From contig NW_015168670.1 of assembly GCF_001447785.1 (NCBI RefSeq), forward strand, positions 203,513 to 267,512: a DNA stretch of 64,000 nucleotides. The letters run 5' to 3'. The notes under the pieces are model-generated. The model was not told the DNA's origin and did not search any database. It saw only the letters and a list, made by a program, of their open reading frames with translations. Both the position numbers and the translations under genes were made by a program. This document shows, one piece after another, positions 1 through 10,758 of this stretch. Within the stretch, counting starts at the first letter, position 1; every line of letters begins with the position of its first letter. This DNA comes from Gekko japonicus (lineage: Eukaryota).

Positions 1-307
1 ATTAAGTATGTTTTAATTTGTTAGCTGCCTTGGCGGCCCTCATGTGGGCAGAAAAGCAGAATATAAATGTTTGTAAAATAAAATAATAAATTTTATTAAA
101 GAAATCAAAGGGGGGACTTTTAAAAATTCTTGACTCTTTCTCAAGGAAAGTGTGTTTGGTCAAGAAAGGGCATGTGTAGTTTTGAGATTCATATAAGAAA
201 CCTAAAACGTTAAACATTTTAAAAAATCTATCTTATTTATAGTTTTTCTTTCAAGGCAGCTCAGATAACATATGCCAGTACAATCAATAGGTTGAGGAGA
301 CATCTAA

Positions 308-2365
308 TCTCACTTATAAATAAAAGTCAAATGGTAGTGGCACTTCTCTAGAACATTCCACATGCTCCTAAATCAGTTGGCTCCATGATGTGTCACTCAG
401 AAGCTGTCCCTATCCACTGGCTGCGTTGCCTGAGTCCCACCTCCAATATTCTAAATTGTTTGCTGTTCCTCCCCCCCCCATAGCCAGTCAGAACACAGAG
501 GTTATTTGCATATGCAGCCTCATTAGCCTCTGCCTCGGAACACAGAGGTCATTTGCATATGCGACTTGATTGGCTTTTGCCTCTAACATTCTAAACAGTT
601 TTGCTCTTCTGAGGTAAAATGTGTCCAATCTCCAGACGGCAGAGATCAGTTCCCCTGGAGAAAATGGTGGGCTCTGTATCCTTTTTTTTTTTTGAGCCCC
701 CGGAGGGGATTTTTTATTATTTTTATCACTACAAAAACTACAACAGAAGAAAAGGGAGTGGAAACTACATATACGGGATAAAGTAAAGAACCCACTACTA
801 ACTAAAAGCCCAAGAAAGGAGATCCTCCAACTAGCTTAGTAACATCAAGTCTTCTCATCATAAACTGAGTCAAACATTTATAATACTTTTCCTTTTAAGC
901 TTAAGTTTAACTGTCTAGAAACAGTACCCCCGATCATCCCATAAAAAAGTCTCAAAGGCACATTTCAGAGTCCTTCAGCCTTTACTTCTCCTTTCCCCTT
1001 CTCTTCCGCAGCTTGGAAGGACTTTTGGGGGCTGCTGCCCCTTGCTCAGACAGAGAGTCCTCTCCAGAAGAACCAGTGTCTAGCTTGCCGCTGGACTTGC
1101 TGTCCTCTTCTTTTTTCCCGTCCTCTGGCCTTCCCAGCTGAACTCTTAGGAATTCTTGAGCTTTCAGGACAGAGTCAATCTTTTCTTTTTTGTCTTTGAT
1201 CTTGAAAGTGACGTCTTCTGGAAATAGCCATTTATATCCAATTGAGTTTGTCTGAAGAAAAAGCACGAGCTCTTTATACTTCTTTCTCCGTTGTCTTACT
1301 TCAAATGGAATATCCTTCAGCGTTCTGATGGTATTTTCCCCTGCTTTCAGGGGTGTTCCAGCAACCGCTTTCAGGATTGCATCCCTGACATGCCTCTTTG
1401 AGAATCTTACCACAATTTCCCCAGGCAGATTATTTTTCTTTATGTAACCTGAATATGATCTATAGACCACATCCATGTCATTAAGCAGCGATTCCGCCTT
1501 CATTTCTGTCACTGGGGCTAGCAGTTCACTCATCACTTCTTTAAGATTCTCCCCTCTGTTCTCTGGCACGCCCTGAAAATGAAGGATCATATTGGCCTTT
1601 TCCATTTGGACTTGCAACAGTTGATCTTCCATGGAGGTTTGTTTCCTTTCCAGCTCGGAACACAGAGGTCGTTTGCATATGCGACTTGATTGGCTTTTGC
1701 CTCTAACATTCTAAACAGTTTGCTGTTCTTAAGTAAAATCTCCAATCTCCAATCTCCAAGTGAGGGCTGGAGATCACTCAGAATTACAATTGCTTTCCAG
1801 ATGGCAGAGATCACTTCCCCTGGAGAAAATGGTGGGCTCTGTATCCTTATATGCTGCTGAGGTGGCCCCCGTATGACAGCCAATGTGACGTAGCAGTCAG
1901 GGCTTCAGAGCACGGGACAGACTGCAGGTGTGTGGGGGGTGGAAAGCGGAAGAGTGAGGGGGAAATAAAGGGTTGATGATTGGCTGGGAAGGAGATAGGG
2001 TTGCCAACTCCAGGTGGGAAATTCCTGGAGATGTGAGGGATGGAGCCTGGAGAGGGTGAGGTTTCAGGAGGCGTGGGACCTCGGACAGGTAAAAAGCCAT
2101 AGACTCCACCGTCCAAACCAACTATTCCCTTCTGGGGAACCAATGTTGCCAATCTCCAGGTGAGGGCTGGAGATCACTCAAAATTACAACTGTTCTTTAG
2201 GTAGCAGAGTTCAGTTCCTCTGGAGAAAATGGTGGACTCAGTGTCATTATACCCTGCTGAGGTCGCCACAGCAAATTGACACTGAGTGCCCAAGGCCGGG
2301 GCACCCACCCAGAGCCTCTTTCTAGAGGTCGTTGTATTTACTTCCACAACGGGCCTTTTTCTTAG
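308..2365 (+). mobile_element. Non-autonomous Helitron-like element, copy 1 (interrupted by an L1 ORF1 insertion)
   Basis: A|TC start at 308 (or 303); TCGTTGT/ACAACGG hairpin at 2329-2352 then TTAG|T; body similar to the reverse complement of 42714-43793. Confidence 0.65.
682..1653 (-). mobile_element. 5'-truncated L1-clade ORF1-only element (HAL1-like) with poly(A)
   Basis: ORF 982-1632 resembles L1 ORF1p RRM/CTD (FQGVPE, IVVRF, KDIPFEVRQRRK, YKWLFP); followed by ~290-nt 3'UTR, AATAAA at 713-718 and A12 tail at 682-693; no ORF2. Confidence 0.75.
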
Positions 2366-2460
2366 TAAACAATATTTATGTACTAAGTATTCTTCCATTA
2401 CCAGTGAACATTCATCATGGGATCTCCAGGCAAACCCTTGAACTCCACCCCTTCTCATCA

Positions 2461-2640
2461 GGGGAGGAGCTATGACCCAGTGGTAGAGCACATGCCTTGC
2501 ATGCAGAAGGTCTCGGGTTCAATCCCCAGCATCTTCAGTTGAAAAAGACCTGAGATCCTAGAAACCATTGCCAGTCAGAGTAGAGAATATTAAGCTGGGG
2601 TGGACCAGTGTTCTGATTCATGATAATGTAGCTTCATTAC
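2461..2640 (+). mobile_element. tRNA-derived SINE (related copies ~10770-10910 minus and ~58345-58555 plus)
   Basis: tRNA-Ala-like head with A box (cagtggtagagc) and B box (gggttcaatccc), followed by non-tRNA body. Confidence 0.65.
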
Positions 2641-3055
2641 AGACTACCATAGCTGAATCAAATCCAGGAGCAAAGCAGCTGTTCCAAAGCCGAGTGCTCA
2701 TTGGCTGTGGCAGTCATGAGGCTGACTCCAGGTTTTGGGGTTTTTTAAATCAGTGGTCTAAAAATAAAGAGACCAAATAAATATTTAAATGAATATATAA
2801 AAAAATGGTTTAAAAAGCCAAAGGTCAACCCAAAGTAGAAGAGGAGAGGCAAAATTTTGCCCAGTATCACAGCTGGGCCCAGGTGCCAGTAGAGGAGGCA
2901 AGGGAACTTGCCCTCGTAAACCCAAGGGAGCTACATCTGTTTTCATGCTCCATGGAAAGAAATGTTTTCTTGCTATTTGAAACACTAGGCTGTGTACAGA
3001 TGAGTATTTCTATGAAGCATCAGCATCAGCTTTATCCTTACTGTCCCCTTCTTTT

Positions 3056-3235
3056 TGGGCTCTTTTTGTAGCAGGAACTCCTTTACATATTAGGCAACAC
3101 ACCCCTAGTGTAGCCTATCCTCCAAGAACATACAGTAGCCCCTGTAAGAAGAGCTCTGTAAGCTCTTGGAGGATTGGCTACATTAGGGGTGTGTCACCTA
3201 ATATGCAAAGGAGTTCCTGCTACAAAAAGAGCCCA
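3056..3235. mobile_element. Palindromic hAT-type MITE
   Basis: Long terminal inverted repeats gggctctttttgtagcaggaactcc / ggagttcctgctacaaaaagagccc. Confidence 0.7.
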
Positions 3236-3957
3236 TATCTCACTTTTCTCTCCCCAGTGGAGACCTGACAGTTTACAACATAATTCTCCCCTCCTCCACA
3301 ACAACCCTTGTGAGGTAGGTTAGGCTGAGATTGTAGCAGAGTCTCCTACTTAGTTCCTTACAAGTCAACTGATTGGTAAAATATACTACATCTTTTTGTT
3401 AAACTTTACCTCATCTTACTGAAGTGAGACTGAGTCTAGAGGACTGCATATACTTTTCCACAGGGGGCAATGTGTGGATAGGCACCCATGTTCTTGTGCA
3501 TTACTTTTGTTTTTAAAATTAAGTCTAAAAGTAGTCCCCAAAACTACTGATGTGGCTGCCACATGTGCCCGCTAGACAGAAGAATAACAAATACACTTTC
3601 CCTCATCACTTTCCTGGAGAATTTTTACATGGTCCAAATTATAGATGGTCCCTCTGAAGACAAAAGAAGGAAGAAGGGAAGAAATCCTAGATGGGTACTC
3701 ATCACACACCACACAATTTGGTTTATGTCACACTAGATCCAATAAAAGCAAAAAAACAACAACAACCAAACCCACATTGCTTTTTTCTCTGATAGTGACA
3801 TATAACGCATAAGGCAGTGGCATCAGGCTGCAGATGTCCTTGGCCTTGTTGTACATCATTGTCTTTCAATAGGTAAGGTGGAGAAATGTGCAGCAAAATT
3901 CTGATACACCAGAAATTATGTTCTACTAGATGTTACTATGAAGAGGGGAGAAAAAGA

Positions 3958-4099
3958 TAAGCAGAAGGAAATAAACATGGCTTGCCTCCCTCCATTTTCT
4001 CCTTCCCTCTGCTGCCCCACCAGCCACAGTTGGGACACTCACCTGGAGCCTTGTTCTAGAACTCGTTGTATTTCTTCCCACAACGGGCCTTACTTCTAG
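3958..4099 (+). mobile_element. Helitron 3' terminal fragment, copy 2
   Basis: CTCGTTGT-10 nt-ACAACGGG hairpin (4062-4087), CTAG at 4096-4099 followed by T; homologous to reverse complement of 42714-42870. Confidence 0.7.
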
Positions 4100-4861
4100 T
4101 ACATACATAAGAGGATATTTTGGCATGCACATTCTTTCTGGCAACTTAGAAGTTTGTTGAGGTGTGTAGGCAAATAAGCCCATGGGTAGGGGAGCAGAGC
4201 GAGGCCCCGGTCTCTCATTCATGGTGGCTGGCAGTGCCTGACCAGTCTTCCTCACCACTTACAGCCCCTGGGCATGGATCCTAGAGACTGACAGTATCTT
4301 CCTCTGGTACAGGGGTCCTCCTCAGTGGTGGTGCTCCATTGAAGTCCAGGAGGTATGATGGAGTTTGTTGAGGGGCAGAGACCAGACCGGAGCCTGGCCC
4401 CAGCGCCCATCTCTCTGGGCTTGTCGGCTGTTGAGAGTCACCTCTGGCCCCCTACAGGGCAAAGAGGATGAAATGGCTGGGGCCCTCTCCCCTGGAAGAA
4501 GAAGAGGGCAAGTCCTGGGTTCACCCCCGTGGGTGTAGCGGGGTGGGCCTGGGGATGGTAACCATTCTCCTCTGGGGTAGGACAGCAGGCCAGTTGGGTA
4601 GCCCCTCTGCTTTGGGTTTAGGAGAGCGAGTGCACTGTGGTGCATCTGCTGACCTCTCCCCTCTGGGATTAGGGGACCAAGCTGGATGTGGCTCCCCTTC
4701 ATCCCACACAGATTCCAAAAGATTTAGCTGCTTTTGCCATTTTTGTCCATTTCTCTTGGATGGACAAAATGTATCGTGAAATCATGAATCATTCCGGTGA
4801 TACCTGTATGATTCTTCCTACTACCCAACTTGTTGAAACAGACTTACTCCAAGTGTATAAA

Positions 4862-5082
4862 TTCAGGTGAGTAGCCGTTTTGGTCTGAAGTGATAGAACA
4901 AAGTTTGAGTCCAGTGGCACCTTTAAGACCAATGAAGTTTTATTCTGTGCATAAGATTACGTGTGCATGCACACTTCTTCAGATACATGCTTCTGAAGAA
5001 GAATGCTTGCACACAAAAGTTGATACCCAGAATAAACTTTTGTTGAACTTAAAGGTGCCATTGGACTCAAACTTTGTTTTAT
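4862..5082. mobile_element. Penelope-like terminal repeat pair in inverted orientation, each with a decayed hammerhead motif
   Basis: Arms ~4893-4986 and ~4991-5082 are near reverse complements; each has CTGAAGA plus stem II; same repeat abuts the Penelope ORF at 35391. Confidence 0.7.
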
Positions 5083-5154
5083 ATCATGTGTGTTATTTCA
5101 TCAAACTCCTCAAGAAACTAGAAACTAAGCAACATTGCCTTCCCTTTGTTTCAA

Positions 5155-5360
5155 GTACATAAGTACATAAGTACATAAGAACATAAGATACGCCAATGTT
5201 GGATCAGGCCAAAGGCCCATCCAGTCCAAAACTCTGTGTCACACAGTGGCCAGAAATACCAGGTGCCATCAGGAGGTCCACCAGTGGGGCCAGGACATTA
5301 GAAGCCCTCCCACTGTTGACCCCCCCCCAAGCACCAAGAAGACACAGCCTCACTGTGACA
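5155..5360 (-). mobile_element. CR1-type LINE 3' end
   Basis: (ACATAAGT/ACATAAGA)n octamer tail; near-identical to 44373-44527 and to the reverse complement of 17690-17853. Confidence 0.7.
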
Positions 5361-7469
5361 TCTTTTGGGAATGGAAGGCTGGCCGGATATGGTCATATGT
5401 CCTCCAAAACCAATTTCACAGACCCTCAACCAGGCTGTCAACTTCAGCCCGGCTTCTAATTGGTCTACTCGTACCACCGTGTTAAATCGAAACAAAGCAG
5501 GGATGCAAGGAGAGCACTGTTTTGAAAGGAATAAGAGCTGTGTTCTTGGAGCCTCCAAAAGTTTGCCCGCTTGTGGTGCCAAACAAATGCCAGCCCTGAT
5601 CATTTACTGCCATGAATATTCAAGCCCAGCTGCCAGCAAAAGGGAGCAGCTGTGTTGGCAAAAACTGGCACGTCCCCTTCAGCGTGCCCTCGTACACTGA
5701 CCCTAGCATCTGGGTCAGCTTAAGAAGAAAAGCGCTCTGTCTCCCAGGCTTTCTGAGCTGATAAAATAGATGTCTCAGGCCAATGCTTGTTTGCTAGCAA
5801 AAGGTTAAGAAAAAAATCCACAATCATATAGTTGTGCCCGTCCGCTGCTGAATGGTGCCTATCTGGAAAACCAGGTGTATTGTATTATGAAGCACCAGAT
5901 CGACAAAGATGAAAGTGGCTGTTAGGTGGAATTATAATAGAAATATAAAGCTTAGGTCCAGTTGAGGTTGAAGTTTCAGTCCTGGCAAAAACCATTCAAG
6001 GCATTCAAACAATCATGCTTGTGAACCTCATGGTATGGAGACAGCTCCAGTACCTAAGCAGATTAGATGCTAATGGTGGTCACGAAGGAGATATCACATG
6101 CAGGTGTTAACTTCATAATGGTGTCTAAGCAACTGGAATCCTAAGAAATGGAGCAGATGTCTGAGGCTTTGTTCTTGACACTAACAAAATGCATCTGGAT
6201 GAACACCACTCATTTTGGGACACTCTGGATAGGCTGAGTTCACTTGTGGAGTTTCATGGCCGAGTTGGGATTTGGCCCATGAGCCAGCCTATGCTTGATG
6301 CCTAGTGAAATGTGGCACTCAGTTTCTACTCATTTCCGTCACTTGCTAGCTGTCTGAAGGCAACTGAGTGCCACCAGGCTTGGAGACAACTGGCAAGCAA
6401 TGGCAAAAAAATGGAAAGCAATAGATAGAATAGAAAAAAAGTTTAGGACTGTGTAAGTTTAAATCCCCACTCTGCCAAGAAACTCACTGGGTGACCTTGG
6501 CCCTGTCATTTTCTCTCAGCCTAACCTACCTCACAGGGTTGTTGTGAGGATAAAAGGAGAGGAATACTATGGATACTGTCCTGAGTTCATTAGAAGGAGG
6601 CAGTGTAAGAACTAAACAGGGAAGACAAAAACAGTCTCAGGAAAAGGGCTGAAGGTGCAGGATGCAGCAAACTGGCTGAAACAAAGATCTGATCTCTTCC
6701 ATGGAAGAAAGGCAGGATATAAAATGAATAGATAAGGGCTTGATGACAGCAGAAGCCCAGCTGATAGCTTGCACATATGAATAAGTCATGTCAGAACTAA
6801 TGCAAAGAGTTATGATGCATAGCATTATGGAAGTTCTGGAAAAATGCAAAGTGAGACACAAGTGTGGTTTGAAAAATGGGGGGGGGGGATAGATCAAGAC
6901 AGGGAGCAAAAGTTTCCTGTCCTGTTCTGCAGAGAAATCAGCTGGAAGAAGGAGGGATCCAGTGTGTGTTGGGAGTCTCTGCTGCAGTTCAGTTGGTATC
7001 CAGGGTCAGACTCCGATTACTGGCTCTAAAGCCAGGCTAGTTATACCAGTTTTGGGCCATAGCATAAAATGGGTTCTTTTCAAGAAAGAAAAGATTATGA
7101 CAGAGGATAAAGGAATACTTGAGAGGTGGGCAACTTATCAGGAGGAAACTATAGAACTCACTAAATGGCACCGGGGAACGGCAACAGGAAAGCAAGTTTT
7201 TGACTGAATTATAGTTCAGGATTACAAAACTGGAGACATGAAGCTGAGTCATACATTCAGCAGGAACTTTAGGGACAGTGAAGAAAAGGCTTTCTGGATG
7301 GCGGTTTGAAATGAGCAAAAACATTCCCTCTGAGTCCCCCCCCCCCCTCTGGACAGAGAACAGGTCAGTCAATGGCTTTCCAGGCTCACCTCAGCTACCT
7401 CTTAAAAATGCTAATAGGTCTAGCTAAAGACAACAGGAGAGTCCATTCCCCCCCCCTTTCAAACATGGA

Positions 7470-7681
7470 GTAGGAACTTAGACCTTATTTGTGGGGGCAA
7501 GAATTCATCCTCTTAACAGACCACTCATCTCTACAATGGCTGCAAACTATGAAGAAGAACTCAAACACTAAACTTCAGAGGTGGTCTTGGAAGATTCAGA
7601 AGTTTAACAGAAAGACTAAATGCATTGCTGGATGCAGCAACATGGCTCCAGATTTCATATCCAGGAAGTACACAGACTTTT
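7470..7681 (+). mobile_element. Gypsy RNase H remnant (Gmr1-like)
   Basis: LWGQEFILLTDHSSLQWL...KLQRWS...NMAPDFISR matches the Ty3/Gypsy RNase H TDH...RW...AD.LSR pattern. Confidence 0.7.
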
Positions 7682-7959
7682 TGTTATGTATGCAGCCCGC
7701 CACACGGCGGCCACAAGAAAGACAGGAACTTGGCTCCAGAAAGACAATGGGACCTAGGATCCTAGTCCCCCCCCTAGCTGACCAATGGGCTTCTTGGCGG
7801 GAAATTCAAACCCTCCAATGGAGTGGGAGGCCCAGGGGTGGGAGTGTATATAGTTGGCCTTGCAGGGCCGTTGTGTGTTCTTGTGTGAAGTACTGAATAA
7901 ACGTGTGCAACGGCATGTCGTTGTCCGAGTCTTCCATGCGGCGAACCAAGTACTTTACA
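7682..7959 (+). mobile_element. Solo LTR (Gypsy-type)
   Basis: TGTTATGTA...TACTTTACA ends; 5-bp TSD CTTTT (7677-7681, 7960-7964); TATA-like ~7846; AATAAA 7896-7901. Confidence 0.85.
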
Positions 7960-8075
7960 CTTTTAAAAATTACTAGTTCCTATGTGTGGTTATGTGCTGG
8001 ATCTACTTGCATGTAGATTCTTTACTGTGTACTATGTAACTTATGAATTTCTTACAACAGATTTGTTTGGATTTG

Positions 8076-8314
8076 CTACTTTGGCCACCAAATGAGAAGG
8101 GAGCACTCACTGGAGAAGACCCTGATGCTGGGAAATATTGGAGGTCAAAGAAGACGGGGACGGCAAAGGATGAGATGGTCAGATAGTGTCATAGATGCAA
8201 CGAACATGAAATTGAGTGAACTTCAGAGGACGGCGGAAGACAGGAAGGTCTGGCATGATCTGGTCCATGGGGTCACAGAAAGTCAGACTCGACTGTGCGA
8301 CTGAACAACAACAA
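8076..8314 (+). mobile_element. RTE-BovB LINE 3' end
   Basis: SLEKTLMLG.IGGQRRRGRQRMRW C-terminus, BovB-type 3' stem, (CAA)n tail. Confidence 0.9.
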
Positions 8315-8599
8315 AACTTCTGTAAAAGGATGCTCTTCCACATGAATCTTGGAAGGGGGAGGTGTGAAGAAATGCCTTTTTGGATGGAGGTTTTCAATGA
8401 GCAAACACATTCACTCTGAGTTTTAAAAGTTTTTTTCTCTCCCTCCTAGGGCAGAGAACAGGCATTTTGAGGACTTTAGACTAGAAAGGCTCCAGCAATA
8501 ATCCCCAGGAAGACTCTCCAGGAAAAACTTCTCTTACCTGGCCTGACCTGGTCAGTGGGTGGGGAAAGGAGAGGTGATAAAACTCAGGGGAACAAGGAA

Positions 8600-10242
8600 G
8601 AAGGTTTCTTTTGGACCGGGTGGGGAGGGGTTGGCCCAACAGCCGGGTGGGCCCGGAGTTCGCCGCCTTCTCCTCACGCTGGGACAAACTGTTGGCCCAC
8701 AAGGGCTGCTTGTTGTGGGGAAGCTGGGTGGTTGTGTCTGCTCCGCTGCGCCAGCATGTCCTAGCAACCTTACATGAAACGCACCCGGGAATCGTGCGTG
8801 TGAAGGCGCTAGCCCGCAGCTACGTTTGGTGGCCCGGCATGGACAGTGAAATTGAGGACTGTGTTAAATGCTGCCAGATGTACCAAGAGTCCCGGCCAGA
8901 GCCCCAGGGCCCCGGTGCATCAGTGGGAGTCCTCCCACAAGCCATGGGCCCGTCTGCACCTCGACTTTGCGGGTCCATTCCAGGGCCAGATCTTCTTCAT
9001 CCTGGTGGATTCCGTTCTCCAAATGGCTAGAAGTGGTGCTGGTCCCCTCCACATCGTCCCGAGCAGCAATTCGCACCCTATGGCAGATCTTTAGTACACA
9101 CGGCATACCAGATGCCGTCGTAACGGACAATGGGACGGCTTTCACCTCATCCGAGTTTTGGGAATTCTCGGACTACTATGCCATCCAACACATCCACTCC
9201 GCTCCCTTCCACCTCGCAACCAACGGCCAGGCTGAGCAGATGGTGAGGACGACTAAGGAGTCCCTCCGCAGGATCGTCCAGGGAAGCTGGGACCACCAGC
9301 TGGCAGCCTTCCTCTTCAGCCAGCGGGTAACCCTGAACACAACCACCGGCTGCAGCCCCGCGGAACTCCTGATGGGAAGGCGCTTCACAACTCATCTCAA
9401 TCGATTGCACCCAGACTGCACTCTGGAGCACAGCTCGGCCCCAGAGAATCAAGCCGCTCCCCACAGGTTCTTCCCGGGCGACCCTGTCTATGCACGCAAC
9501 TTCTCCAGTGGCCCAGCCTGGGTCCCTGCCAAGGTTATAAGGGTGACTGGGCCTCTATCATATGAGGTGTCCACAGAAGACGGACAGAGGCTCCGCCGAC
9601 ACATAGACCAGCTCCACAGCAATCTCCTCCATTCTGAACCTGGGATACCCACACCAGAAGACAGTGACAAGGAGCTGCTAAGCCCAGAGGAGCTGGAGCC
9701 TGAGGAGAAAATGCCCACCAGCAGCACCCAGCCGGAAAACAATGGACAGCTGCTGGCGGAACGCCAGCGGCAGCCACCACCACTGGCCCCGACAACGTCC
9801 CAGCGCCACCACCTCTCCCTGTCCGACGGCAGGGCCGGCCCCTGACACAGTTCCTGAACCTGCAGCCCCATCAGTGGAACCACGCTGTGCGAATTGTGAG
9901 CGGCATCGACCAGCGTATTTAAAGGACTTTGTCAGTTGAAGAGGCTCTTAACCATGGGGGGAGGGGTGTTATGTATTGAGCCTGAACTGCCCTTGCAAAA
10001 GGACTGATGCATAACAATAGATTGCTAGGATCTTAGAATGGGCCAGTAGGGAGACAGGGATCCTAGAGTAAACCAACTGGGAAACAATAGAGTGTTGTGA
10101 GTGGGGTGTGTTTTGGGTGTAACCCTTTTCAGGCATAAATACCTGTCTTTGGCCAAGGATTGGAGTCTTCTTCTTTCTCTTGCTGAATCACTAATAAACT
10201 ATGAGCTGATCACTTCTACGCGTCTGAACCCAGTATATTTCA
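8600..10242 (+). mobile_element. 5'-truncated Gypsy element (K02A2.6/Mag-like): integrase, PPT and 3' LTR 9967-10242
   Basis: H2C2 region (LHETHPG...YVWWPG...CQM), frameshifted rve core (HLDFAGP, SKWLEV, TDNGTAF, NGQAE); purine tract 9956-9966; LTR TG...CA with AATAAA 10193-10198. Confidence 0.9.
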
Positions 10243-10551
10243 GATGTGTTGGCAAGGGTTTTTTTGTTTTGTTTTGTTCTGACAATCCTATTCCTTGGGT
10301 TGCAATTAGCCCTGGTAGGGAAAGAAAATAGGCACCCTAACTGTGATCTGTGGAGGAGTGGGGTAAAAAGCTAACCCTCCGTGCCCAGTACTGTGTTTCT
10401 GATCCAAATTTCCTCCCTTCACCCAGCTGCATTTCAGGCTAAAATCACATTGAGACATCAGACCATGTTTCTCTAATGCAACATGAAGAGAGGCTCATCA
10501 TGTGTTCAGCCAAGCACCATTCTTGTATCATTGGTCTATTAAGGTCAACAC

Positions 10552-10758
10552 CAGTGTTCCCTCTAAGCTGAGTTAGTGTGCGCCAGCTCACAGTTTTTTA
10601 GCCTCCGGCTCACACATTTTTGTCTTCGCTCAGGAAGGCTGGGCTCCAGAGCAAACTAATTGATGCAGTAGCCAAATTGCTTGCTCACAGCTCTGATGCC
10701 GGTAGCTCACAAAGTAGAATTTTTGCTCACAAGACTCCACAGCTTAGAGGGAACATTG
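10552..10758. mobile_element. hAT MITE
   Basis: TIRs CAGTGTTCCCTCTAAGCTG / CAGCTTAGAGGGAACATTG; perfect 8-bp TSD GTCAACAC. Confidence 0.9.

Noticed and set aside
982-1632. L1TD1-like host gene
   Set aside because: 5'-truncated, poly(A)-tailed and inserted inside another repeat
2461-2535. tRNA-Ala gene (also 58345-58420)
   Set aside because: Stems are mutated and the sequence continues into a shared SINE body
5900-6400. Possible DIRS-like RT remnant on the minus strand (HLLHFLGFQ)
   Set aside because: One short motif only; cannot be supported without a profile search
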